Assembly (NCBI GenBank): GCA_965203355.1
Contig: OZ241889.1
Location: forward strand, 672,001 to 736,000
DNA: 64,000 bases
Direction of reading: 5' to 3'
Origin: Candidatus Latescibacterota bacterium
GTDB lineage: Bacteria; Latescibacterota; UBA2968; UBA8231
Shown here piece after piece: positions 1 through 10,023 of the stretch (positions are counted from its first letter, which is position 1; each line of letters starts with the position of its first letter). A program made the translations under genes and the position numbers. The notes under the pieces are model-generated. The model had not been told where the DNA came from. It searched no databases and worked only from the letters and a program-made list of their open reading frames with translations.

Positions 1-1
1 C

Positions 2-1879
2 GGCTCTGTTGCGCCAACCTACTTCAACGGCCAGGAAAACATCCTTTCCAAGCTTCCGTTCTGGTCGCCCTTCAAGTTTCCCACCGACTTGGGCTACGAA
101 GACGGCCTCATTCCGCGAGTTTGGCGCGCAGCCAACGGCTTCTATTGGTTCACGGCCGGAACCCTGACGACCGAGTGGGTCGATGGCGACAGCTCTTCTT
201 ACAGCCCGCCGGTAGCGCGCGGCATCAATTCGGAGTGGTACACCTTCGACGTGGGGGTCCCAGTGCCCGCCAACGTAGTCGGATTCTACACGCCGCCGCA
301 CGGTTTTCGCGCCGACGGCAGACTCCTCCGCGACGACATCTTCAAGGCGTTTGAAGTCTCAATCGCCGAAGAGTTCGACCCGGTCCTCAACCTCGAAAAC
401 AACGACAACGACTATCACCGCTTGGAGACCTTAGTCGCCGATGTGCCGCTCAATTTCGACGCCAATGTCCAGCTTGAATTTCCCAAACAGTACGTGCGTT
501 TCATCCGCCTACAGCGCAAATCCTCCATTGACGACAAAGCCTTTGCCTCGGGCCAAGCCAATGTCCAGCAGGGAACCATAGGCGAGTTCGAGCTCAAAGG
601 CGAGGGGGTTCCCAAGCGAGTGTTTTATCTGTCTAAGATCATCTCCCTCGGCCGCACGGTGAATTTCGGGCGTCTATTCTGGGACGCCACGCCCATGCGA
701 ATGGTCAAAGGGGTGCCCACTCCCGTTGACAACGCCCAAGCCCGACTCGCGATCTCCGTGCGTTCTGGCCGCGACGACGACCCCAACGTCTATCACGAAT
801 TTACCGACACCGGTGCCGAGCGCCCGGTCGTGCGTGCGCGCTTTGAGAAAGAACTCAAGCAACCAGACCAAACTACCCAAGGCCAGATCCAAGAAGGCAA
901 ACCCGGTCTTAGAGCCTCCATCATTTACGACCAAGACAACTGGACCTTCTGGTCTTTTCCCATCGCCGAGCCCGGGCAACCTGCCCCGCTGGAGCGCGGC
1001 AACCACATCCAGGTGAGACTTACCTTCGAGAGCAGTTCTTTCTTCGACTTTGTGCGGCTCGATTCGCTGTGGATTGAGACCGCACCGCCATTGGCCTCGC
1101 AAGTGGTCGGCGAGGTGGCCCGCTTTGACGAGCCAACGCCCGCCGGCAGCCTAACCGAAGTGTACTTAGGCGAGATGACGGACTTTACCTACGACGTGCG
1201 TACCCGGTTCGACGGAGCGAGCCAACCGGGCTTCGATGCCATCCGAATCCGCACAGGCAGCCGCCCCCAGTTCAAACGGCTAGAGATGGGCCAGCCACTC
1301 CAAGTCATAGAGCCGACCGAGGTGATAGAAGCGGCAAGTGAACTAGTAGTGCGCTTGCCCCAGTCGATCACGCGCAGCCGCAACGAACCCGTGCGGCTGG
1401 TTTTCGGCACCGAGGTCTTCATCTTTGCCAACACGTTCGCTGGCGAGGTGTTTGACACAAACGAGGAAAGCCTACCGCAGCAGATTGAGGCCGGTAACGC
1501 CTCCGACGAGGTCAACACCAACAGCCTGCGGGTGTTGGGCGGCGCACAAGATGCCGGGGCACCCATCGAAAACCTAGCTTTTTCAAGCGAGATATTGACC
1601 CCCAACGGCGACGGTGCCAACGATGTGCTGGCCATCAGTTATACCTTGTTTCGCCTGCCCGGCCCGGTGCCCGTGGCCCTCAACATCTACGACTTGCGCG
1701 GCGGCCAGGTCGGCGGCCTCGAACTCGGAATGCAGGGAGCCGGACCGCAAACCGTGCATTGGGATGGCCGCGACGCGGACGGAGAACTGTTGGTACCCGG
1801 TCTATATGTGATGGAAATCGCCCTCAAGGCAGAACTTAAAACCTTCCGCCAGCAGCAGCCGCTGGGCTTGGCTTATTAG
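2..1879 (+). CDS. Large putative secreted/surface protein with C-terminal FlgD-Ig-like domain; 5'-partial
   Basis: Frame is open from base 2, so the start lies upstream of the window. C-terminus has TPNGDGAND...IYDLRG...WDGRDADG.LLVPGLY, typical of FlgD_ig/CTD-like domains. Confidence 0.7.
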   Translation, partial: GSVAPTYFNGQENILSKLPFWSPFKFPTDLGYEDGLIPRVWRAANGFYWFTAGTLTTEWVDGDSSSYSPPVARGINSEWYTFDVGVPVPANVVGFYTPPHGFRADGRLLRDDIFKAFEVSIAEEFDPVLNLENNDNDYHRLETLVADVPLNFDANVQLEFPKQYVRFIRLQRKSSIDDKAFASGQANVQQGTIGEFELKGEGVPKRVFYLSKIISLGRTVNFGRLFWDATPMRMVKGVPTPVDNAQARLAISVRSGRDDDPNVYHEFTDTGAERPVVRARFEKELKQPDQTTQGQIQEGKPGLRASIIYDQDNWTFWSFPIAEPGQPAPLERGNHIQVRLTFESSSFFDFVRLDSLWIETAPPLASQVVGEVARFDEPTPAGSLTEVYLGEMTDFTYDVRTRFDGASQPGFDAIRIRTGSRPQFKRLEMGQPLQVIEPTEVIEAASELVVRLPQSITRSRNEPVRLVFGTEVFIFANTFAGEVFDTNEESLPQQIEAGNASDEVNTNSLRVLGGAQDAGAPIENLAFSSEILTPNGDGANDVLAISYTLFRLPGPVPVALNIYDLRGGQVGGLELGMQGAGPQTVHWDGRDADGELLVPGLYVMEIALKAELKTFRQQQPLGLAY

Positions 1880-1913
1880 GCCCGGCCGCGCTTGGTCCAA
1901 ACGCGCCTATTCA

Positions 1914-2501
1914 ATGTCTGCCAGAGATGTAAGCCGCTTGGGCGAAGATATTGTATTTGAAGAGCATCTCCGGGGGCGCACTTTCACCTTCCACTCCACT
2001 TGGGGCCTTTTCAATCCCAAACGCATTGACCCGGGTACGCGGATGCTCATTGACCACATCAAAGCCGGACCGGCCGATTGCTGTCTCGACTTAGGGTGCG
2101 GATATGGTCCAATCGGCTTGGCGTTGGGCCACCTCTGCCCCGAGGGCGAGGTCCATCTGATCGACAAGGACTTCGTCGCGGTCGAGTACGCGGCGCAAAA
2201 CGCTGCACACAACGGGCTGACCAATTGTCTCGCCTATTTGAGTAATGCCTTCAGCCATGTGCCCGCCCACGTGCGCTTTGACACTATTGCCTCCAACTTA
2301 CCCGCAAAAACAGGCAACGAACTCCTGACGATCATCATGCACGACGCCCGCACTCGCCTCAAGCCGGGCGGGCACTTGTGGGTCGTCACCATTGCCGGGC
2401 TAAAGGAGTACGTCAAGCGCAATTTCAAGGAAGTCTTCGGCAACTACAAAAAGATCAAACAGCGGGGGACCTACCTATTGTCTTTGGCGATTAAAGAGTA
2501 G
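1914..2501 (+). CDS. Class I SAM-dependent methyltransferase, RsmC/MTS family
   Basis: GLF..IDPGT, LDLGCGYGPIG and SNLP motifs. Confidence 0.85.
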   Translation: MSARDVSRLGEDIVFEEHLRGRTFTFHSTWGLFNPKRIDPGTRMLIDHIKAGPADCCLDLGCGYGPIGLALGHLCPEGEVHLIDKDFVAVEYAAQNAAHNGLTNCLAYLSNAFSHVPAHVRFDTIASNLPAKTGNELLTIIMHDARTRLKPGGHLWVVTIAGLKEYVKRNFKEVFGNYKKIKQRGTYLLSLAIKE

Positions 2502-2522
2502 AGGTTCGGCTGCTTGGAGCAA

Positions 2523-3575
2523 CTATAGCAACGCCTCGTTCACCTCGACGCCAAATCCCGGGCCTTCGGGCAGTACTAAGTGACCTTCCTGCGGTTGCGG
2601 CTCACCTAACCACAGCTTATCATGCACCGCGTCGCGCCGGCCCATGACCATCTCGGCCAAGTTGTCTCCATAGCCAGCCGCCAAAAAGTGCAGACCCCAA
2701 ATCTCGCCGCCGCGGTGAGGCACCACCGGGATGCCGTAGGCTTGGGCGAGCTTGGCAATGCGCAGCGTCGCCGTCAGGCCGCCGCACCAAGTGACGTCCG
2801 GTTGCCACAAGTCCAGTGCCTGCATCTTAGCAATATGACCGAAATCCCGCGCAGTGAATTCGTGTTCGCCGCCAGCCAACAGAATTGGATGGATCTGCGG
2901 ACGCAACGCCGCCAAGCCATCTAGGTCATCGGGCAACAGCACGTCTTCAAACCAGTATATGTTGAATGGCGCGAGTTGCTGCGCCACGGCCACGGCAAAG
3001 CCGGGCGACCACGACATGTACGCGTCGATCATCAAGAGCGCGTCTTCGCCCAAGGTCTGGCGCGCCCCTTCGGCCCACTCAAGTACGCGCACTGCATCAG
3101 CAGCCTCGCTTCCTTGCCGCGTCTGCGAAGACTTGTGGGCACCAAAGCCCAAGTCGCGATACCAAGCGCAATCCGGGCCTGTAGCGTAGGCCCGCACCTC
3201 GTCCCGTTGCCGACCGCCCAACAAGTCGCAGACAGACTTCTTCTCGGCCCGGCCCAAGACATCCCACAGTGCCAAGTCCACGCCGCTGATAGCCATGACG
3301 GCGATCCCGCTGCGGCCGTAGGGCAAGCTGGCCTTGTACTGGTCGTCCCAGAGCCGAGCGATAGCTTCAATGCCGTTGATGCTGCGCCCCACCAGCAACT
3401 CGCGCAGGTGACGGTTAATCACCTCCACGGCCGCAATTCCACCGCCCCCCGCTCCCCAGCCGCTGATGCCGACATCCGTATTGATGCGCACGGCCACCTG
3501 CCAGAAGTGCCGACGCCAAGCCGCGGGCGCGCCGCGATAGCGGGGATAAACTGCTTGCACTCCGGTTATTTTCAT
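2523..3575 (-). CDS. Mandelate racemase/enolase-superfamily acid-sugar dehydratase (L-rhamnonate dehydratase-like)
   Basis: YGRSGIAVMAISGVDLALWD, metal ligands in MIDAY/WFED/GGEHE, QPDVTWCGG, PGFGVE. Confidence 0.85.
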   Translation of the reverse strand: MKITGVQAVYPRYRGAPAAWRRHFWQVAVRINTDVGISGWGAGGGGIAAVEVINRHLRELLVGRSINGIEAIARLWDDQYKASLPYGRSGIAVMAISGVDLALWDVLGRAEKKSVCDLLGGRQRDEVRAYATGPDCAWYRDLGFGAHKSSQTRQGSEAADAVRVLEWAEGARQTLGEDALLMIDAYMSWSPGFAVAVAQQLAPFNIYWFEDVLLPDDLDGLAALRPQIHPILLAGGEHEFTARDFGHIAKMQALDLWQPDVTWCGGLTATLRIAKLAQAYGIPVVPHRGGEIWGLHFLAAGYGDNLAEMVMGRRDAVHDKLWLGEPQPQEGHLVLPEGPGFGVEVNEALL

Positions 3576-3696
3576 GCGTAACCCCTTGTGTACATTTTGT
3601 TTTTATCGCCTCCCTTTTTGGTAATCGGTCGCTTCGTATAGTATTATTTATATATCAAACACCTTGTATTCTATATCCCCATTATAGGAACAGTCC

Positions 3697-4785
3697 ATGT
3701 CCTTAGGACGCAACCTGAAAGAGCTGCGACAGAAACAATCGCTCAACCAGAAAGACCTCTCAGATCGCTCCGGCGTCTCCCAGGCCACCATCTCCCGCAT
3801 TGAAACCGGCCGCGTACGCCAGCCAGGCTCGTCGGCCCTAAAAAGTTTAGCTGACGCCCTCGGCGTTTCGACCGACTCCCTAATAGACGACACGGCGCAC
3901 TTGGCCCGAGTCCACAAAGACCGTTTGCATCAAATCGCCGAGACCCTCAACGCCTTTGTCATCCACGAAAACAGACGTTTGCACTTCATCGGCCAGACCT
4001 TGGCCGGCCTATTGGGTTATCGCGAGGAAGAACTGCTTGCCAAAGACGGCGTTGAACTACTGTTCGCTCCCCAGTCCCGTCCTGAAGCTCGGTACATGGT
4101 CGCCAGCGGTTCGTCCAATACCTATGAAGTACTCATGGTGCGCCGGGACGGCAGCTTTCTTCCCGTCGAGATCACCAACGTCAATATCAGCGCAAAAGAG
4201 CACTTGGTCATTGTGCGCGACATCACCACTCACTGCTGCCAGCAAGGGGCCTTTCGCGTTTTGCAGGCTGGTTGCGACGCCAACAAGATGCGCGATCTAG
4301 GCAAGGTCGTGCGCATCCTCGGCGACGAATTAGAGGCGATGGGCGTCCAATTCGAGGCGGTTGACCTACAGATCATAGACGAACAAAGAAACCGCTTGGC
4401 TTGCTATCGCGCCTATTCCGCAGCACGCGGTTATCGCTCCTTGCAAACCGAGGTAAATCTCCAAGAATCGCTCGATCACTTTGCCTCTTTGCAGCGATTG
4501 GTTAGCTGTAGGAACCGGGACAAGGTCTGGGAGCGCGAGGCCGACGAGGATTTTCGCCAGATGACCCAAGAAATTTTCTCGGACTCGATGTATCGTCCCG
4601 GACTGCTGATCGACGTGTCTTTTGCCCAAGGGATGTTAGGGCTGGGGTTGCCCATGGGTAGCCCGAAGCCCCCCGAACAGCTACCGACCATCTTGCCCGA
4701 GTTCGCCCGCTCTATCTCTTTGGTCGTCAAGCGGCTGTTTGAACTCCAATCGCTGCGCGAAAAGCTGGACTCTACTGATGCTTAA
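3697..4785 (+). CDS. XRE-family HTH regulator with PAS domain and C-terminal GAF-like region
   Basis: N-terminal LKELR...GVSQATISRIETG HTH; PAS signature LLGY.EEEL...RRDGS.LPVE...VRDIT; C-terminal domain call is tentative. Confidence 0.75.
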   Translation: MSLGRNLKELRQKQSLNQKDLSDRSGVSQATISRIETGRVRQPGSSALKSLADALGVSTDSLIDDTAHLARVHKDRLHQIAETLNAFVIHENRRLHFIGQTLAGLLGYREEELLAKDGVELLFAPQSRPEARYMVASGSSNTYEVLMVRRDGSFLPVEITNVNISAKEHLVIVRDITTHCCQQGAFRVLQAGCDANKMRDLGKVVRILGDELEAMGVQFEAVDLQIIDEQRNRLACYRAYSAARGYRSLQTEVNLQESLDHFASLQRLVSCRNRDKVWEREADEDFRQMTQEIFSDSMYRPGLLIDVSFAQGMLGLGLPMGSPKPPEQLPTILPEFARSISLVVKRLFELQSLREKLDSTDA

Positions 4786-4837
4786 CCGAACGATTTTTTC
4801 ACGCCATCGAGACTTTCGCGCCCGGTAGGGGTCTGCG

Positions 4838-6196
4838 CTATGAACGCGCTTCTTCTGGGCGGACCTTCCGCTGGCCAGAGCCGAGCGGAGCAGCCTCTTT
4901 GATGTGGGGGCGAGTTTCTCCGGCTTCTTCCATGCGTCGCCAGAGCCGTTGCCGCATTACCTGAGCCACCTCTCGGTGTGACTCAAGGCCGACTAGATTG
5001 TTCAGTTCGTAGGGATCAACCTGTAGATCGTAGAGATACTGCTCCTCGTAGTGATCGGCTCCTGCCGCATCTCTTCCTTGCCCGTCTGGAGCATTCACCC
5101 CGTACTTCCACCGATGTGTGCGAACGGCCCGTCCCACTTGGGCCTCGCTGATCTGCACGAAAACCTCTGCGGGCCAATCGGTTTCTCCACCGCGCACAAG
5201 CGGCATGAGCGAGCGGCCCTGCATCTGCTCGGGGATTTCCAAGCCAGCCGCGTCCAAAAGTGTTGGCGGCAGATCGATTAGGCTGATCAGTTCTTGCAAT
5301 TGGCCGCCGTGAAAACCGGGTCCGGTCAAAACGGTCGGTACGCGGATCGAGCTTTCGTGGCAAGAGCGCTTGTACTCGTTGTTGCGCGTCTTGAAGTGAC
5401 AGCCGTGATCCGACGTAAAGAGCACGACAGTGTCGTCGGCTAGTGCCAAGCTCTTGAGCGCGTCGTGCAGGCGACCATAGGCTTCATCGAGCCGCTTGAC
5501 CATCCCGTAATAGCCGCCTAAGTGCTGGTGAGTCGAGCCGCCTAATGCCGCTAGATCGGGCGGGACCCAGCCTCCGGTATAGGCTTCCCGGTAGCCGTCA
5601 GGGGGTGGATAGTCGTCCAAGTGGTTCTGGTGATGGGGTTCAATGTAGGAGACAAACAGAAAAAAAGGACGATCTTGGCGTGCATCCACGTAGCGGATTG
5701 CGGCGTCCGTGACCGCGTCCACTCGATAACCGGGTAGGCGGACGGGTTGTTCGTCATGGTCGTAGAGGACTGTGCTGTAGGCGTCGGAAGTAAACTCGAG
5801 CACATTAGACGCCAACCAGTACTGATAGCCAAAGCGATCCGCGGCCGGCACTGGACCAGTGGTCCCTCGGTCGTGGAGATGCCACTTGCCGATATAGCCT
5901 GTGTCGTAGCCTGCCGCGGCAAAATAGTGGGCGAGGGTTTGGCTGTCTGTAGGCAGGGGAATGCCGTTGCGGTAACAACCTGTCGTCGTAGCGTAGAGAC
6001 CTGTTTGCAGACAAGAGCGCGCCGGGCCGCAGACGGGTTGGCACGTAAAGGAATGAGCCGCGTGGGTGTACTCGCGGGCGAGGCGATCGAGATTCGGCGT
6101 AAGGCCCATTGGATTGCCGTGTAGCCCGGTTGTGTCCCAGCGCTGTTGATCGGTAAAAAAGACGATGACGTTTGGTTTTTTGCGGCCTTCAGTCAT
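4838..6196 (-). CDS. Formylglycine-dependent sulfatase, no signal peptide
   Basis: PNVIVFFTDQQR, CGPAR (CxPxR), GKWH, TSDHG, LYDLQVDPYE. Confidence 0.92.
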   Translation of the reverse strand: MTEGRKKPNVIVFFTDQQRWDTTGLHGNPMGLTPNLDRLAREYTHAAHSFTCQPVCGPARSCLQTGLYATTTGCYRNGIPLPTDSQTLAHYFAAAGYDTGYIGKWHLHDRGTTGPVPAADRFGYQYWLASNVLEFTSDAYSTVLYDHDEQPVRLPGYRVDAVTDAAIRYVDARQDRPFFLFVSYIEPHHQNHLDDYPPPDGYREAYTGGWVPPDLAALGGSTHQHLGGYYGMVKRLDEAYGRLHDALKSLALADDTVVLFTSDHGCHFKTRNNEYKRSCHESSIRVPTVLTGPGFHGGQLQELISLIDLPPTLLDAAGLEIPEQMQGRSLMPLVRGGETDWPAEVFVQISEAQVGRAVRTHRWKYGVNAPDGQGRDAAGADHYEEQYLYDLQVDPYELNNLVGLESHREVAQVMRQRLWRRMEEAGETRPHIKEAAPLGSGQRKVRPEEARS

Positions 6197-6220
6197 TTTA
6201 CACGGCCCCTCCTTTTTCGC

Positions 6221-7543
6221 CTAGGGATCAAGCGTCTGATTCGCTACGCGCTGTAATTCCTCTGCCACCGATCCGACGTCCCCACCTTCAATGGCCTCTA
6301 TCATGGCCTCTTGAATCAACTTCCGCACTTGTTCATAGCCGACTATCGTCGGCTCCGACTTTCCGTAGTCCAACATGCCAAACGCCACTCCATAGTGCGG
6401 ATTTTCCGCAAAATAGCTTTCTAACTCCCGCGCCGTACTTTTGCGCACCGGAAAGTAGTTGCTTACCCGCACCCATCGCGCTTGCTGCTCGGGGGCCGTA
6501 AACCACTTGAGGAAAAGCCACGCCGCTAGCTGCTTTGCGGGCGGACCGGCGCAGATCGACACACTGGCCCCGTACACGTCGACAACCGGCCGCACCCCCG
6601 TCTGCGGCGGATGGGTTACTCCCCACTCAAAAGCCAACCCAGCGTCCTCAATGCCGCTCTTGTAAAAGGGCAATCCAGAGGAAGAATCCTGCGAGAAGAG
6701 GATATTACCAGTGACGAACTCGTTTAGCTCGGCATCTCGTTCACCGGCGATGTCTATTGCGCCGTCTCGTGCTAGTTCCTGCAACAGTTCTAGGACCGCT
6801 ATAACTTCGGGCGAATCCAGCGCATAGGCCGTGCCGGTTGCATCTACTAGGTCGCCGCCGCGGCTAAAGACCATCGCAGCGAATCGGCTGGCGTCAACAT
6901 CGAGCAAAAAACCCAAGCTGTGCACGGGGTTTTCGTTTTTGCTAAAGGGTTGCTCTTTGGCTTGGCGGCACATCGCGGCAAAATCGTCCCACGTCGCCGG
7001 TGGGGCGTCGTAGCCCAACTCGCGTAGCCAATCGACATTGTAGTAGAGCAGCTCCATTGAGCGATTCGGCGGGAAACCAACCTGCACTCCGCCGATATTG
7101 TCCTGCGCCAGAAACGCTTGGACATAGTCGCTCCTTTCTGCTGGAGACAAGCCCCACTTGGGCGAATCCATATAAGGCGCTATATCCACTATGCCGTCGG
7201 CTTGGTAGTAGGCGAGGGCTTGATTTTGGTAGGCGACGACCAAGCTAGCGGCCAGCGAGCCGCTCTGGATACCCACGTTCATCTTGTTGTAGATATCCCC
7301 ATAGCGCCCCATGTACTCGCCGCGAACCTCAATTCCAGAGCGATTGGTCTGGTTAAAGTCGGCAATCAACTTTTGCAGGGCATCTTCGCGCGGGCCGGTG
7401 TGTTGGTACCAAAAGACGATTTTCTGGCCTTGCGGGTCGAGGGCTTCGATATTGGTCTGCTGCTTGTATACGGCCTCCTGCTGGCCGCCACAGGCCCACA
7501 AAAAAGCACACCAAACCAACGTCATCGCACTTTTCGGTTTCAT
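6221..7543 (-). CDS. Carbohydrate ABC transporter substrate-binding lipoprotein (UgpB-like)
   Basis: Lipobox LWAC; LLYYNVD and AAWLFLKWF motifs of CUT1 binding proteins. Confidence 0.85.
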   Translation of the reverse strand: MKPKSAMTLVWCAFLWACGGQQEAVYKQQTNIEALDPQGQKIVFWYQHTGPREDALQKLIADFNQTNRSGIEVRGEYMGRYGDIYNKMNVGIQSGSLAASLVVAYQNQALAYYQADGIVDIAPYMDSPKWGLSPAERSDYVQAFLAQDNIGGVQVGFPPNRSMELLYYNVDWLRELGYDAPPATWDDFAAMCRQAKEQPFSKNENPVHSLGFLLDVDASRFAAMVFSRGGDLVDATGTAYALDSPEVIAVLELLQELARDGAIDIAGERDAELNEFVTGNILFSQDSSSGLPFYKSGIEDAGLAFEWGVTHPPQTGVRPVVDVYGASVSICAGPPAKQLAAWLFLKWFTAPEQQARWVRVSNYFPVRKSTARELESYFAENPHYGVAFGMLDYGKSEPTIVGYEQVRKLIQEAMIEAIEGGDVGSVAEELQRVANQTLDP

Positions 7544-7547
7544 CGCG

Positions 7548-8384
7548 TTATCCTTTGAGTCCAGATATGGAAATGCCTTCGGTGAATTCTCGCTGAATGA
7601 GAAAATACGCTAAAAGTACGGGAGCAGTCGCAATGACCGCTCCCGCCATTTGCAGGTGGACTTCGGTCCCAGCCTCACTAGCAAACTGCTGCAAACCCAC
7701 GGCAATCGGACGCCAATCCGGCGTATTGGTCACCAGTAGCGGCCAAGCCAAGGCGTTCCATGAACCAATAAACGTAAACATACCGACCGTCAAAAGGGGG
7801 GCTCGGCACAAGGGAACCGCAATCTGAAATAGAAAGCGCAGGTGGCCGGCTCCCTCAATCCGGGCCGCATCCCACAGCTCGTTAGGCAGGCCCCGCATAA
7901 ACTGGCGCAAAAGAAAAATGCTAAAAGCACTGGCCATAAAGGGAATAGTTAGGGCCGGCCAGCTATTGAGCCAAGCAAACGGCGTATTGCGGTGCAACCA
8001 AGTCACCACGAGAAAATTCGGCACGATGGTCACGGCCTCGGGGATCATCAACGTAGCCAAGACGCCGGTGAACACCACGTCGCGTCCGCGAAACTCCATC
8101 CGCGCCAACGGGTAAGCCGCCATCAGTGAGAAAAGCAGGGTCCCGCTAACTTGCAGAACGGCGATGATCAGCGAATTCTCAAAGTAGAGACCAAAATCGG
8201 CCTCTTGCCATGCTTCGATATAATTGTCCCACTGGATGCGTTCGGGCAGCAAGACCCGCCGCAGGGACTCGCCGCGGCTCATAAAAGAGGCCAACAGCAT
8301 CCACGCGAACGGAAAGCCCGCGGTCAGCCCCCCCAAGCTCAAGCCGCAGTAAACCAGCCTAGCATTTCCGCTCCTAGTCGCCAT
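7548..8384 (-). CDS. Carbohydrate ABC transporter permease (UgpE/MalG-like)
   Basis: EAA-like loop ELWDAARIEGA; several TM segments. Confidence 0.9.
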   Translation of the reverse strand: MATRSGNARLVYCGLSLGGLTAGFPFAWMLLASFMSRGESLRRVLLPERIQWDNYIEAWQEADFGLYFENSLIIAVLQVSGTLLFSLMAAYPLARMEFRGRDVVFTGVLATLMIPEAVTIVPNFLVVTWLHRNTPFAWLNSWPALTIPFMASAFSIFLLRQFMRGLPNELWDAARIEGAGHLRFLFQIAVPLCRAPLLTVGMFTFIGSWNALAWPLLVTNTPDWRPIAVGLQQFASEAGTEVHLQMAGAVIATAPVLLAYFLIQREFTEGISISGLKG

Positions 8385-9513
8385 AAAACACCCGCCTGCC
8401 GAGCACCCGGTTTTGCAGTAGCGTCAACGCCAAAATCGCAATGAAGAGCACAAAGGCCATCGCCGAGGCATAGCCCGCGTTGTGGTACTCGAAAACCTGG
8501 TCGAAAATGGCAATACTGAGCACATCGACCGAGTCTCGGGCACCCGGCGTTCGCAGAATATAAACATGATTAAAGGCTTTGAAGGTCCCAATGACGGCCA
8601 CCATCGATAAAAAGAACAGAGTCGGTGAGACTAAAGGCAGGGTAATGTGGCGAAAGACTTGCCACTCGCCCGCGCCGTCCATCTCCGCGGCCTCGTAATA
8701 TTGCCCGGGGATCGCACTGAGGCCGGCCAGTAAAATCACCGTATCGTAGCCGACATAGACCCAAATGTTGTAGAGGATGATCGAGGTCAGGGCTAGGCTC
8801 GGGAAGATGCTGTCCACCCACTCGGGGTAAGAAGCGAAACCGGCTCCCTGTAGTAACAGAGCTACAACGGACTTACTTTCGTAGAGCCAGCGCTGATTCT
8901 CCAGCCCCCAAAGGCTCCAGAAGCGATTGGCCAGCGAGGAAGGATGCGGGCTAAAGATGGTGCGAAAAACCACGGCGGAGGCGATGATCGGCGTGATATA
9001 AGGCAGGAAAAACAGCGTGCGAAACGCGCCCCTAGTCCGCGTGATCTTGAAGAGCAAATACGCTAGGCCGGTAGCCAAGCTCAGTTGGAACGGAATCGTC
9101 CCGGCTGCGTAGAAAAACGTGACCCTGAATCCGTTGTATAGCACTGGATCGCCCGTCGCAACTAAGCCTCTCAAACCCTGAGCCAATCCCACCCAAAGTC
9201 CCAACAGTACGACCGCGCCCCACGCAATGTGGACATAAAGGGGACGCAGACCGCGCTCGGACAATGGGGCGCACAGGCGATAGGCGACCCAGACGAGGCC
9301 GATCCCGGCGACGAAGGGCAACAAATACTGCGGATCACCCAAGGCGCGGACATAGTGGTCAAACCCTATCACCGCTTCTTTCTTGATCCGCCACTTGTGC
9401 AAGCTGACATACAAGGCATAGCCGATAGGGAAGAGTCCAAAAGCACCCAGCACGACAAGTGCCGGCGCGAGGAGACCCCAAGCAAGCTGTTGTTCTCGGA
9501 TGCGGGTACTCAT
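8374..9513 (-). CDS. Carbohydrate ABC transporter permease (UgpA/MalF-like)
   Basis: YEAAEMDGA EAA loop, FRHITLP, GYASAMA. Confidence 0.9.
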   Translation of the reverse strand: MSTRIREQQLAWGLLAPALVVLGAFGLFPIGYALYVSLHKWRIKKEAVIGFDHYVRALGDPQYLLPFVAGIGLVWVAYRLCAPLSERGLRPLYVHIAWGAVVLLGLWVGLAQGLRGLVATGDPVLYNGFRVTFFYAAGTIPFQLSLATGLAYLLFKITRTRGAFRTLFFLPYITPIIASAVVFRTIFSPHPSSLANRFWSLWGLENQRWLYESKSVVALLLQGAGFASYPEWVDSIFPSLALTSIILYNIWVYVGYDTVILLAGLSAIPGQYYEAAEMDGAGEWQVFRHITLPLVSPTLFFLSMVAVIGTFKAFNHVYILRTPGARDSVDVLSIAIFDQVFEYHNAGYASAMAFVLFIAILALTLLQNRVLGRRVFYGD

Positions 9514-9603
9514 TGGCGTGAGATATTGCTGCGGTGCGAGGCTATTTGCGAGGAGAATGTGGCCCCGTCCCGATTTTCGGCAGGATCTAGGCCTGAAGAA
9601 GAA

Positions 9604-9631
9604 GGCTCCCGAAGCGTTCCCTTCAGGAGCC
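9604..9631 (-). terminator. Hairpin just downstream of the tRNA cluster, possible terminator
   Basis: Minus strand GGCTCCTGAAG...CTTCGGGAGCC followed by TTCTTCTTC. Confidence 0.45.
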
Positions 9632-9636
9632 GAGAT

Positions 9637-9712
9637 TGGCTGCCCCCCTAGGGCTCGAACCTAGAACCTCCTGATCCAGAGTCAGGCGCACTTCCAATTG
9701 TGCTAGAGGGCA
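9637..9712 (-). tRNA. tRNA-Gln(CTG)
   Basis: Cloverleaf; anticodon arm CCTGA-CT-CTG-GA-TCAGG; GGTTCGAG T-loop; encoded CCA. Confidence 0.95.
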
Positions 9713-9724
9713 ACTAACCCAAAT

Positions 9725-9818
<94 letters not shown>

Positions 9819-9896
9819 GCGACCATTGCAAAATAAGTTTTTGACGTGTTCCCACCGCTAAAAGAGGTGGGATTGTAGCGGCATCAAATTGGTAAA

Positions 9897-9983
9897 TGGC
9901 GGAGGGTGAGGGATTCGAACCCTCAAGGGCGTGAGCCCGGCGATTTTCAAGACCGCTGCCTTACCAATTAGGTCTAACCCTCC
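9897..9983 (-). tRNA. tRNA-Ser(TGA)
   Basis: Anticodon arm GCGGT-CT-TGA-AA-ATCGC; long variable arm; G73-CCA. Confidence 0.95.
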
Positions 9984-10023
9984 TTTTTCCGGAGGAAAAA
10001 TATACATGAGGCCCTATCTTAGG

